Shown here: positions 39,455-51,596 of the stretch, piece by piece | Numbering within the stretch: position 1 is the first letter of the stretch | How the letters are laid out: the number at the start of each line of letters is the position of its first letter | Source: Camelus dromedarius | Lineage: Eukaryota | Assembly: GCF_036321535.1 (NCBI RefSeq) | Contig: NC_087436.1 | Coordinates: 33,916,001-33,980,000, forward strand | Direction: 5' to 3' | Length of the DNA: 64,000 nt | Notes under the pieces: generated by a model | Databases searched by the model: none | The model's input: only the letters and a program-made list of their open reading frames with translations | What the model was told of the DNA's origin: nothing | Program-made: the position numbers and the translations under genes

Positions 39455-40170
39455 CAATGTTCTTTCACAACTAAACTCTTACCATAAGAGTTAGCAATTG
39501 CAATTTTTGTTATTTACTCAAAGGAGTTGAAAACTTATATCCATACAAAAACCTGAACATGGATGTTTATAGCAACTTTGTTCATGACTGCCAAAACCTG
39601 GAAGCACCTAAGATGTCCATCAATAGGTAAATGGATAAGTAAACAGTGGTACATCCGCACAATGGAATATTAATTGGTACTAAAAAGTAATAAGCCATCA
39701 AACTACATGGGGGAAACTTAAATGCATGTTGCTAAGTGAAAGAAGCTGATATAAGGTTATGTACTGCATGATTCCAACTACATAACATTTTGGAAAAGGC
39801 AAAATTATGAAGACAGGAAAAAGATGAGTGGTTGCCATGGGTTGAGTTGGGGATGGATCAATAGGCAGAGCACAGAGATTGTTTAAGGCAGTAAAAATAT
39901 TCTGTATGATACTATAATGATGGGTACAAGTTACACATTTTCATACCTTTAGACTGTACAACACTGAGTGAACCTTAATGCATACCATGAAATCTGGGTG
40001 ATAATGATGTACCAATGTAGGTTCACTAGTTGTAGAAAATGTACCACTCTGGTGGGGCAGGTTGATAATGGGAGAGAGTATGCATGTGTGGTAGCAAAGG
40101 GTATATGGGAAATCTCTATACCTTCTCTCAATTTTGTTATGACTCCTAAAAGTCATTTTAAATATGAAAT
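39455..40170 (+). mobile_element. L1MC1/2-like 3' end
   Basis: GGAGTTGAAAACTTAT...AATAGGCAGAGCACAGAG...GGGTGATAATGATGT...TGTACCACTCTGGTGGGG...GGGAAATCTCT. Confidence 0.92.
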
Positions 40171-40299
40171 AGATTGCATTTGTGTATTATGATTAGACTT
40201 GATGTATAACTAGCACATATTGAGCTCTGAATAAATAGGGTTGTTATTATTGTGTTAGTAATGATTAAATAAATGGCCAGATTGATACGTCAAAGCACC

Positions 40300-40517
40300 A
40301 TAGGCAAATTTGTCCTTTACTCTAAACCCCCACCAGGGGACATTTGGCTTTGTCTAAAGACATCTCCGACTGTTCCAGCTCAGAAGATGCTCTTGACACC
40401 TAGTGGGTAGAGCCCAAGGGTGCTTCTGAATATCTTATAATGCATAGTTCAATCACCCTTACACTTCCCAAATTATCTGACTCAAAATGTCACAAGTACC
40501 AAGTTTATGAAACCCTG
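40300..40517 (+). mobile_element. MER20 (hAT-Charlie) DNA transposon
   Basis: CCAGGGGACATTTGGC...CTAGTGGGTAGAG...AATTATCTGACTCAAAATGTCA...GAAACCCTG. Confidence 0.9.
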
Positions 40518-41408
40518 CTTTAGACCATATGTTATTTTAAAATGTAAATGAAATAGCATTGCTGTCTCTCCTTTTCTCTCTCTCAATGTCTGCATGTCTT
40601 AGTTGTAGAAGACACTTAAAGAAAAATGTTAATTTGTAATTTTTTGATGTCCTAAGATACATTACATGCTTAATTCTGGAAATGTTGCCTAGTGAGTATG
40701 AAATAATATATCTAAGTTTTTGTAATATACAACCAATTTTCTTTATAGCTTTCTGAGTACAATGGCTTCAGATTAAAACAAAATTAACATAAATATTTCC
40801 TTTTGAGCATCAGCAAATAAACACACCAGCTGTATTTTTGGCTTTTATTTCAATATTTATAATTACTTGTAAACTCTGTCATCAGCAATTTCAGACTCTT
40901 TGACATGCTTGTAGCATCTGTATTTGTAACACTACTTCAGTTAATATTTCCAAATGCCATCATCGATAAAGAAAAATGGCCTGTGAATATGTAAAGAATG
41001 TTTGAATGTAAAAAGGGCTGCAGTAGTTTGTAAGCAAATGATATTTCTCTAAAAACTAAATTCTTAATTAAAAAAAAATTTCACCTGTTTTCTACCAATG
41101 AATTGTTCCTTTTACATCACATTAAACTCATAGTTAAAATAATTGACATATGTGAAATATTCAGGAAATATATAAAGGGTTTTTATATAAGTAAATGATC
41201 TCCATGATATTCTTTTTTTGTGTTGTAAAAATATAACCTTCTCTTTCTTGAGTTTTTGCCTTGAAAACAGTTTTGTTTTTAATAATACTATGAATTTTAT
41301 TTTAAACCGTATCACTTGAGTTGCCCACACGTCAGTCATTCTGTATTTATTAATTTATTAAACATTTTAAATTTCTATTTCCTTTTATTTCTAAAAATTG
41401 CTTCAAGA

Positions 41409-41919
41409 ATAAATGCCAGATTGAGCAAATAAAAATACAGGATGCTTAGTTAAATTTGTATTTCAGAAAATCAAAAAAATTTTAACATAAATATGTCACA
41501 GATATTGCATGGGCCATTCTTACAATAAGAATATTTTTTGTTTATCTGCAATTCAAATTTAACTGGGCATCTTTTTTTTCAGTTGAAGTACTGTCAGTTA
41601 CAATGTGTCAATTTCTGGTGTACCGCACAATGTCCTAGTTATGCATATATATACATATATTCGCTTTCATATTCTTTTTCATTAAATGTTATTACAAGAT
41701 ATTGAACATAGTTACCTGTGCTAGCCAACAGAAACTTTTTTTTAAATCAATTTTTATATATAGTGGCTAAAATTTGTAAATCTCAAACTCCCAAATTTAT
41801 CCCTTCCCACACCTTTTCCCCAGTAACCATAGATTGTTTACTATGCAAGTCTGTTTCTGCTTTGTAGAAGAATTCATAGTGTCCTTTTTTGGCATCTTTT
41901 ATTTTATTTGGCAACTCTA
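41409..41919. mobile_element. MER53 palindromic hAT element interrupted by an L1 stub
   Basis: TGCCAGATTGAGCAAATAAAAATACAGGATGC..AGTTAAATTTG ... CAAATTTAACTGGGCATC [L1] TATTTTATTTGGCAACTCTA. Confidence 0.85.
41576..41890 (-). mobile_element. Young L1 3' stub (camelid-like) with 10-bp TSD
   Basis: T-run then TTGAAGTA..GTCAGTTACAATGTGTCAATTTCTGGTGTAC; TSD GGCATCTTTT at 41566-41575 and 41891-41900. Confidence 0.92.
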
Positions 41920-42646
41920 TTTTTAATTCTTCTGAAATATGTCCCTTCTTATTGTGATGTTTCCCTATTCTCTCCCATTCTGTAATTTATGTTCTCTCTC
42001 CAGAGTTTTTGCTTGTATTTCCTTGATAATTATAATTTCTCTGCTATATTTTAAATACTTAACATACAAAAAACAGACACCCTTAACAGTTAAAATGCAC
42101 TCAATAAAATCTTCATATAAATTATATAATTTGACTATTTCTTTGGATATATTTTTGTAGTTTTAGTTACTGACCAGGAAATGATTTAGTTCATTTAGTT
42201 ATGTTTATGTAAGATACAATATATATTTGGAGAAAATATTGATCCTGGATTGAGACAGACTTTGACCAAGCAAATAATACTGCTTCTTCCACCGGTTGTA
42301 AAATAATATATATGATTTGCAGACTAATGTCTTGAACATTTGGTGTAATTTAGGATGGGAGCAATTGGAGGGTTGGAATAAATCTTATATTTATTATTAA
42401 ACCTAGACATTATTCTGTGGATTATGCAAATTAATTAACACATGATCGTTTTTCCTATTGACAGAAAGATATATGATTCCTGGGATCTTTTGCTCTATTA
42501 AATTGTTCACAGACTTAAAAGTTCATGAGTAACATTGTTGTATGTAGTCTTTGACTGGAAGCACCTGGATATGAGATAACATATTTTACAACTGGTATAT
42601 CAAATCATTTCTACAAACTAGTCTTGTGTTTAATAAAGACAATATT

Positions 42647-42760
42647 TGAAAATGAATATGAAAATGATATACGTATATTTATGCATGACTGGGTCATTAT
42701 GCTGTACACCAGAAGCTGACACATTTTAACTGACCATACTTCAATAAAAAAAATTTTTTT
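42647..42760 (+). mobile_element. Young L1 3' stub (camelid-like) with TSD
   Basis: CATGACTGGGTCATTATGCTGTACACCAGAAGCTGACACA...CTTCAATAAAAAAAA; TSD AAGACA(A/G)TATT at 42636-42646 and 42761-42771. Confidence 0.88.
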
Positions 42761-45139
42761 AAGACAGTATTAATGGTAGCTACTACCTCACAGGTATTTG
42801 AGAGCAAATCACTATTGTTACAATATCTTGTCTCAAAACTATTTTGTCACCCACATACTCCTTAGTGGTCATTTAGCCTATAAGTGGACTTCTAATTTTA
42901 GGTAAATTATAGAAACATTTATGTAAGACATGGCTGTTGTTTTTTATTGCCAATTAGAGGGACGATGTTGTTGGTCATATTTCACCAAGCTATCTTAACT
43001 CAGTTTAATGAAGATAGTTTTAAAAACTAGGTGAACTTAAACATCTAGTCATTTTCTTTATTACATTTAATTTCTACTGAATTAAGTAATACCAATTCAA
43101 AGTCAAGGGTATTAGAAATGATCAAAACTGTAATAGGGCCACTATTATATATAGCATTAATTGGAAGCTCCCAGATATAATTAACATATATTAATGTTTA
43201 TAAGTCTGATTATTTTCTACAAATTAATCTTGCTTTGTAATGAAAATACTAATAATAGCTAACTTTTAAAATCTTTGTTAAGTGTTTTATATACATCATT
43301 TCATGTAATCCTTTCTAAAATCCCTCCAAATTTAGTTATCAGAGAAGTTACACAGCAGATCTAGGCTTTACCATGGATTTTATCTGTAATGTTCACCGTT
43401 TGAGATGTGATAACCACTGCTCTTCTGGAAGAAAAACTGGAATTAATAATCTATCAATTAATTAAACTGTGCAATCTTTGTTTTTTGGTCTTTGTCTTAT
43501 AACTAAGGACATATGTAATTTTTTTTTAATCACATGTTAAAAGTGCAATTTCCCAAGTAACATAAATTTTCATTTTGTTTTGGTTCAGATCAGCTCAGGA
43601 TGTAAAGCTTGAAATCTTACAGATGAAAATCAGTTGAGGATGAGAGAAATCCTTTGGCTTCTCTGAAAACAAAACCATCCCCCATCAAGACCTCTAACCT
43701 TATTTATGTTTTTCTTTACTTTATCCATAACTCATATTGGCCATGTCTTAACAAAACTATAAGTTGATTAATACGACAGATGTTTACCTTTGATTTACCG
43801 ATCACAATAATAGAATTCTTTGAATTATAAATGAAACCCTTAGTTTTGGGTTTTTACTGTCTGATAATATCTCATCTGTTTACTCGAAAATGATTGATAT
43901 GATTCAGTATCATCCTAGCTTTTTTGTGTTTTGAGAATTTCTTAAGTGGCTGACCTTGTTACACACCATTCATAAAAAGTTTCTGCCTCTACAGGACAGT
44001 ACTAATCCTACAATTTAATATGCTGGAAGTAACCAAATTGTAATATGTCGACAATTTAGAAATAGAATTTCTGGGTGTTTGAATTATAACACATTTTGCT
44101 ATCTATAATCATATTGAATCTGTGTTCTAATAATGCATAGCATTACATAGAAAACTGATAAAACAATATTCCCTATATTTGGAAACTCACATTTCAGTCC
44201 CAGTATATGCTGCTTATGTTTTTTAATAACAAAAAATAAGTTAAGCTTTTGGCATTGACTTAGATTTTTTAATATAAAACATTTTCAAATTTAATTTTAT
44301 GTTAATAGATAAGCTGATTGCTTAAATTTAATATGTTATTAAGGATTTATACTCCTAACAGAGGAAAATTTTTATACATGTATGGTTTAAGACTTTTCTT
44401 GAATTAAATTTCAAATGAATATGGAAGTTTGAGGCAGAAAGCCATAAATCTGCACTTGTCTCATTATCTTACTCTTTGTGCCAACTCAAAAAATTCCACA
44501 TGGAGTTATAATGTTTCTGAACATTTGCTAGCATGCCAACGGAGTCTACACTATGTCAAGTAAAATTCGATGAGAGTTAAAAGTGCTTCTGCAAAGCAAC
44601 ATGATGAATAACAGACATTATTTTAAACAGATCAAGAATTATGAGTTTAAGGGCAAACCACTGACCTATACATTAGAAACATTTCTGAAAGTACTTTCTA
44701 AATTGACTGTTATTGTTATTATTTTTTTTAGTTTTAGTCACATTCTGCAGGAGGGTCAATTCATCCTGACACACACCACCACCCAGTATGAAGTCACAGG
44801 CTAAATGGGTGGTCCAGACAAGCACTAACCAGTGCAAATACAACTCAGCACCTTTACCTCCACACCACACCGTCTCTATCTTTATACTATATTTGCATTG
44901 CACCAAGAAAATTATGAACAAAATAGATACAGATGTGGATATGTATGTACATGCATACATACATACACATTTGGACCCGTAGATAAAATGACTTACCCTG
45001 GCACAAACTTCTCGAAAAGTATCAATTCTCAATTTGTTTTATTTACCATTGAATCTCTCTTTACAGTTGAGCATAGTGTCTGGCACTCAGAAAGAATTAA
45101 ATATTTTTAAGTGAATGTTAAATAAACCATTCTGTTACC

Positions 45140-45436
45140 TTTCTTTTCTTTTATTTATAGAAGTATATTTGACTTACAATATTATACTATTTTCAGGTGT
45201 ACAACATAGCTATTTGATATTTTTATAGATTACATATTATACAAAGTTATAAAATATTAACTATTTTCTCTGTGCTGTACCTTACATCCCTGTGACTTAT
45301 TTATTTTATGACTGATAGTTTGTACCTCTTAAACCCTTTCCCCTATTTTGCCTCTCCTCCCGTCTTCTCCTTTCTGGTAACCACTAGTTTGTTCTCTATA
45401 TCTGTGAGGCTGCTTCTGTATTGTTTTATTTTATTT
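45140..45436 (-). mobile_element. L1 3' end (L1MA9-derived / laurasiatherian type)
   Basis: TTCAGGTGTACAACATAG...TGTGCTGTAC..TACATCCCTGTGACTTATTTATTTT...CTGGTAACCACTAGTTTGTTCTCT. Confidence 0.88.
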
Positions 45437-45959
45437 GAATATGTGTAAAAGAGAAAATAGTTCTTCTATATAATGGGAAATTAAAGAGTTAACTGTAATT
45501 TACATGATTTAGGATATTATGTTCTTATAATATTCTGAGCAAAACAATCAAATGATGCACATTTTGAAAAGTCATTATTTGCTCCTTTTGTTGTGTGTTG
45601 ACAAGTAGAATAGAAAAAAATGAATGAATTATATCGTACTCAAAGGTAAAATAACTTTACGTATTTACAGCGTTAGGATAAAGTCAACTTTTAATTGTCT
45701 ATGTTAATGTAAGATATAAAAAATGCAGACTACTGAAAACAGATGACAAAAATGATTTATATCACTCTCCAGAAAGCAGAAATATATACAAAGGCATATA
45801 AACAAGCAAATGTTTAGACAAAAAATTACTGTATTTCATGATTTACTAGCTTGATTCTACAGGCTTTCTCTAAAATGTCTGAAAAGGAAAATATTTAAAG
45901 CAGTGGAGCTAATCCACTGGCAAGGAATCAGAATTGGATCATATTACAATAATTAAATA

Positions 45960-46340
45960 AAGTGAACAAGCAGGGATGTCCCAGCAGCAGATACTGATAG
46001 TTACTGACCCAATATCTGCCTCCTCTCTTCTGTCCCACTGACATCTCAGTTTCCCCTCCTTCTCTGAAGCTAGGTGATATGAAGGGGTGTGGGTGCATGT
46101 GGTTTCTGGCGGGACAAAAACTTCTAAATAATGACAGTTGACATGCCCCTTATGCTTCTTCCTTTTTGCCCTTCTGCCTGTTTGGAATTTGGATGTGAAG
46201 ACTGAGGCTCTAGAAGACACCTTGAAAGGTTGAGAATGGAAATCAAAGTTTAAGAATGACAGGAAGTACAGGATAAGCCAAGAGGAGCCAAGATTACTGT
46301 TGACATTTGCACACCCACAACAAAGCATCCCTGTCCAAAC
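45960..46340 (+). mobile_element. Old MaLR/ERVL-type LTR fragment (MLT1J/K-like)
   Basis: CTTCTGCCTGTTTGGAATTTGGATGTGA..GCTCTAGAAGACACCTTG...AAGAATGAC...GAGGAGCC. Confidence 0.5.
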
Positions 46341-47007
46341 TTCTGTCCCACTCATACCTCTGTTCTCCAGTTCTGTACAACTACCTTCTGAATTCAGTAT
46401 CTAGTTGAGACACCCAGCTTATCTTAAATCCAGTACATCCAAATAAACTTCTTCTTACAATTGCCTAAAATACATTATCAACTGGACTGATTTTTTCCTG
46501 ACTCAAATTTGGAATACCATGGCTAACTTTGATCTTTTATTTCCTAGATTAATGTAAATGTGTGTATTTTGTGAATAAATTTTATCATTTCTTTGTTTAA
46601 AAGTTTTCTCAAATCCAGTTTATGCCATTCTTATTTCTAATTTCATTATCATCATTTTATATCTTATTACTTTTTGTTTGGGAAACTTCCTTCATTTCTT
46701 CATTCTTTTCATCATTTGTATGTTCCTTCCATTTTCCCTCTTTCCTTTCATTCCTTTCACAATGCATCTAGTTTTACTTAATCTTTTTAAAGTCCTAATT
46801 GGTTTCAAACATATATCTAAACCCCCAAGTTTATCATGTCAGTCTCTGTTCAAAAATACTCAATGGCTTCCAGTACCTATCTAATGTTAGGATTTCACAA
46901 ATCTATTACCACTTTTTAATTTTTCTATTTGGAATTAATTTCTTTTGAAGGAAGTAAAAGGAAAGTAGCAGATGACAGTCAATACTTCGGAAATTTTTTT
47001 AGACTAG

Positions 47008-47469
47008 TGTATTTGTTTCCTAGGGCTTTTGTAACAAACTACCAGAAACAGTGGCTTAAAATAACACATATTTATTGTCTCATAGTTTTGGAAGCTAGAA
47101 GTTCAAAATCAACGTGTCAGCAGGACACCCTTTGAAATCTGCAGGAAAGAATATCTCCTTACCTCTTTTAGCTTCTGGTGTTTACAGGCAGTCCTTGGCA
47201 ATCCCTCCCTGTATATTCATCATTCCAGTTTGCCTCCATGTCACATGGCTGTCTGTGTCTTCACATGGAATTCTTTCTCCCTATAACTATGTCCCAACTT
47301 CCCTCTTCTTATTAGGTTACCAGCTATATTGGGTTAGAGACCACTCTAATGACCTCATCTTAGCTTGATTGCATTACAAAGACTATATCTGAATAAGGTT
47401 ACCTTACAGGAACCAGATGTTAGAACTTTCAACATCTGTTTTGGGGGGACACAGTTCAACTCATAAGAA
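47008..47469 (-). mobile_element. MLT1C-like MaLR solo LTR
   Basis: TGTATTTGTTTCCTAGGGCTTTTGTAACAAACTACCA...CTAATGACCTCATCTTA...GGGGGGACACAGTTCAAC; possible TSD ACTAG/ACTAT. Confidence 0.9.
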
Positions 47470-48718
47470 ACTATAGTTATGAATTTCTTCCTTTGAAAAA
47501 AGACACAAAAGTCATACTATATTTAAGGTTTCTACTGTGAATGGATTTACCTCAAAATGTATAAAGAATTAAAAGTTACTTTGCATTGGCCAAAGAGGTC
47601 AAGCTAAGACTATTCTGAATTTTGACATTTTCCTCTTAAGCCAAAGTGATTCAATGATTTTATATCTCCCATTCTTCCATCAAGTTCTTAATAGTAAATA
47701 AGCCAATGAAAGTTAATATTTTACTTCAATAGCCCTGTTAGAGTTGGGTCAGTTGGAAGCATCTTGTTTCCAATGAATTGGAGAGAGTCAGGCAGTGTTC
47801 TAGGGTTCTGAGTCCCATCCAGAGCATGGCATGCTGCAGTACATAGTTTATTGGTCCAGAAGATGCTTTGAAACCCAAGAGTTTCAACCCTTCCCCTGTA
47901 AACATGCAAAGTAATGAAAAGTGGGATGACAGTGAAGCCACAACTCAAGAAAGGGATTAAAATTCCCTCTGTCATCCAACCACATCTGTTTGAAGAGTGA
48001 GAATATGCAGAGTATGAGTGGTTTCTTTTCTTAGGAGTCTTTGATCCTTAAGTAAACAGGCTTCGTTTCCATTTCTAAATGTTTTATGGAAAACGTAATC
48101 AATCCCATTGAAAGTGGCTATAGGCAAGAGGTTATCAATATAAGCTAGTTAGTAATATTTGTAACTAGTCTGGGAGATATATGAAAAAAGCTAGGCACTT
48201 TCTGGTCAGTTACAGCAAAAGCCTATAGGAAACTAGAAGCTTGTGGCAGAACAAGTGTTTGTGGAGATTCCCAATAGTAGTAACTGAGAGAAAACTAAGT
48301 CTATTGTATAAGTTCCATTGCCAATGGGTTAGTATTCCTGATCAAGAAAATTTAAGATTATATCCCAAGAAAACAGTTAAGACACAGAAATGAGGAATAA
48401 GCCAGATCATAAATAAAATTTAGATTTGCAGGTCATTTGTGTCATCTAGTTTGATCAGCAGAGCCTTAATCATTTGAGTTTGGGCTTAAAATCAAAGCTT
48501 AAGTTCTTAGGGAAAAAAATGGCAAGAGCAATGTATCTCTCTGGTCTTAAACAAGACCTGGGGTACAGGACATGTAAATAAAGTAGAGCCCCAGAAAAAT
48601 TAATTAAATTCAGGTTATAAGAAACAAGAAATCAGGAGTAACCAAGTTAGTGAAGTCACTGATAGAAAACCAATATTTAAAATCAATCACAAGGCTAGGG
48701 ACTGGCTTGTGATTACAG

Positions 48719-48722
<4 letters not shown>

Positions 48723-48749
<27 letters not shown>
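48723..48749. repeat. A27 homopolymer
   Basis: Read directly. Confidence 0.95.
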
Positions 48750-49732
48750 GCCGGTAGTCCCAGTATGCTGTAGAAAGGAATTAGACCCTGGTGTTAGTTA
48801 TCGGTTAAAATCTGAACTTGTTAATCTGGCATTCAAGGTTTTCATTAGTTGATTACAACTTATCACCCTAATATTGCTTTCAAGCATGTCTAACACATAC
48901 CAAAATTATTCCAGCTACATGAATTCCTCATGGTTCTCAGAATAAATTTTGTTCCTCATTAATCTAAACTTCAACTTACATATTAATCTTCCTTCCCCAA
49001 CTGGAGTGCTACCACCTCTACTTGCCTATTTCCAGCCTACTCCCAAAATAATGTTCTATCACTGTTTTATCAGTAGTCTTACTATACTATGCTTGTTTTG
49101 TTAACTATTCCATGTATGAATACTTTATCTTTATAACTGAATTACAGAACACTGGAGGGTATTATTTGCTTGCTACTTCTGTTTGCTTTTATTTTGTTAG
49201 GGTCCAGCTTCCTATCAAAAAAGGAAAATATCAACGAAGAATTATTATAGAATTTAAAAAATCTATTTCTCATATTTAAAAAATTAAACTTCATCTACTT
49301 TAACACTAGACAGCTATTAGAAAAATTTTTTTAAAAACTCTTGACAAAGATCATCCTTTCTTATCTAATTTGATATGATGCATACAGATACTGTTGTTGG
49401 TTGACTTGCATCTCCCCCAAATACATATTCAAATCCTAACCCCTGGTACTTGTGAATGTAACCTTATTTCAAAATAGCATCTTTGTAGTTGTAATTAAGA
49501 TGAAGCCATACAGAGTGAGAATGGACCCCAGTATAATGACTAGAGGCTTTATGAGAAGAGGGAAATTTGAACACACAGGGTAGAAAGCCATGAAGACAGA
49601 AGCAGAAATAGACATGATAATATCTACAAGCCGAGGAATGCTAAGAATTTCAGGCAAACATCAAAAACTAGAAGAGGCAAGGGAAGATCCTCCCATGGAG
49701 CCTTCAGAGAGAGCATGACTCTGCCTACACCT

Positions 49733-50657
49733 TGTGCCCTTAGTCATTTCAGCCTGCTGTAACAAAATACCTTTAGCTGGGTGGTTTATCATTGTGATTT
49801 TTGTTAAATTGACATTTGTTAAGCAGAGTATTAAGGTGTCAGAGAATGAACATTTCAACAAAGACCACAAGGGAAAGTGAAACAGAGAAGTTTATTACTC
49901 ATAGGTCCTGGAGGAGGTACACCGCAGGCCTTGAGGAGCCACGTGGGGAGGTGGAGGCCTGCCAGAGGCAGAGTGCTAGCAGCAGGACCTGGAGCATATG
50001 GCTTAATTAGGGTCCATGGGTGGAGTGCTTTGAGGGTCCCAGGCTGAGGCTGAGTTGGTCAGTTCAAATCGAAAAGGGCAAGGTTTTGGTAAGCTTTGTG
50101 GGGATCTTATGTGAGGGGCATAGAAGGTGAAGGAGGTAGGAGGCAAGGGCAACTCTTTATCAACAGGTGCACTGAGGATGTCATATGAGGAACTCACACT
50201 CACTTTTGACTCAGTGGACTATTATGTAGGGCATGCACTAGAGGGAAGGGTACTGTCAGTTCAAGGCCCCCACAGCTGCTTAGATACACAGAATGAATCC
50301 CAAGGCAGCAATATTATGGAGTAGTTTAGTTAAACCCCCAACACCCATTAAATAACAGAAATTTATGTCTCACAGTTCTGGAGGCTGGAAGTCCAAATTC
50401 AGAGTGCTAACATGGACAGGTTCTGGTGTAGACCCTCTTCTGGGTTGAAGACTGCTGATTTCACATTGTATTCTCATAAGAAGAGGAAAGAGAGAGAGGA
50501 AGCAAACTCATGACACTTTTAAGGGCACTAATCCCATTTATAAGTGCTCCACCCTCATGATCTTATCTAAACCTAATTATTTTCCAAAGGACATAATACT
50601 ATCACATTGGGTGGTGGGTATCAACATATGAATTTTGGGGGCCCACAAACATCAGAC
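49733..50657 (-). mobile_element. MLT1A/MLT1A0-like MaLR LTR, itself interrupted
   Basis: CTTAGTC..TTCAGCCTGCTGTAACAAAATACC...CTGGGTGG.TTAT | AACAGAAATTTAT..CTCACAGTTCTGGAGGCTGGAAGTCCAA...TAAGGGCACTAATCCCATT...CAACATATGAATTTTGGGG. Confidence 0.88.
49793..50343 (-). mobile_element. ERV solo LTR (probably ERVL class) nested in the MLT1A
   Basis: TG...CA-bounded ~550-bp GC-richer block with antisense poly(A) signal (AGTTTATTACTCA), splitting the MLT1A cleanly. Confidence 0.65.
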
Positions 50658-51133
50658 TGTAAAACAGAGATATTGTTCATCATTCGGTTCTACAAAGATT
50701 AAGTCATTGGCCACTGTAATCCTTGACCAACAGTGCACCCTGAAAGGAATTCAGGATGAAAATCAAGATGAAGCACTCTGTATTTCGGAAAAACCAGTCC
50801 CTTAGATAGAGATATTGCAGGATAAAAAAATAAATAAATAAACAAATCCAGCATTTTGCATCTTCCCATACATAGGAAAGCACTAAAATCATCAACTGAG
50901 ATATCTTGTGACTAGCAGTAAATTTTTACTGAGATGTATGCTTGACTGCACATATTCCCTAGACAAAATCATGTATACTGGTTTTATATATACTGGCTTC
51001 TTCCCCTACCTCTTCAGAGCAGTTCCTCAGAACTATCTGAGAGGCTGTTTCCCGGCTGTAGTTCTCAGTAAGGTCCCCAGTTAAACTGAAACTCACAACT
51101 CTTAGGTTGTGCATTTTTTTCTTTCAGTTGACA
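50658..51133 (+). mobile_element. ERV1-class solo LTR (cetartiodactyl-type)
   Basis: Starts TGTAAAAC and ends GTTGACA; CTTCCCCTACCTCTTCAGAGCAGTTCCTCAGAACTATCTGAGAGGCTG...AACTCACAACTCT..GTTGTGCATTTTT resembles recalled artiodactyl ERV1 LTRs. Confidence 0.75.
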
Positions 51134-51408
51134 AACCAGAACACCATAATTTTTATAAATCTAGTCTCTAAAACTGTAAAGAGAATAAGTTTCTATTGCT
51201 TTAGCCACCAAGTTTGTGATGTTATAGCATCCCTGGGAAACTAATACAGACCCCAGTTAGCCCTTCAGTGAACAGTTTTGGACATCAGTGATTAGTGGCT
51301 GTGAGAAATCCTCTCCGGTCTCTTGGTCAGTATAAAGCTAACTGAAAATGGCAAGCGTTTCTGAAATTGTGTGTAATATATGAAGCAAGGTAATACTTCA
51401 ACTACGAG

Positions 51409-51596
51409 TCATATATATATCTGTAAATGTGTATATATATAGTTGTATATATATTATATATTACACTTATAAGAAAAGTTATGTTTTTTATATATTAAGA
51501 AAAGTTATATATGGAAGATTATATATATCTTATGATTCCTAAGATATATTACATATATATCTTAGTATATATATATATATACAGAGAGAGAGAGAA
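51409..51596. repeat. (TA)n-rich low-complexity tract ending in (GA)n
   Basis: Read directly. Confidence 0.85.

Larger units (their letters stand above)
49392..51248 (+). mobile_element. MLT1B/C-like MaLR LTR, host of nested insertions (own sequence ~49392-49732 and ~51144-51248)
   Basis: 5' part TCCTAACCCC..TAC.TGTGAATGT.ACCTTATTT...GAGCCTTCAGAGAGAGCATG; 3' part GAGAATAAGTTTCT...AGCCACC.AGTTTGTG...GGAAACTAATACA. Confidence 0.88.

Noticed and set aside
44673..45110. Overlapping ORFs and a - strand donor at ~44992
   Set aside because: They cross TA/CA-rich low-complexity sequence and an L2/MIR-like tail (GCATAGTGTCTGGCAC), with no coherent exon.
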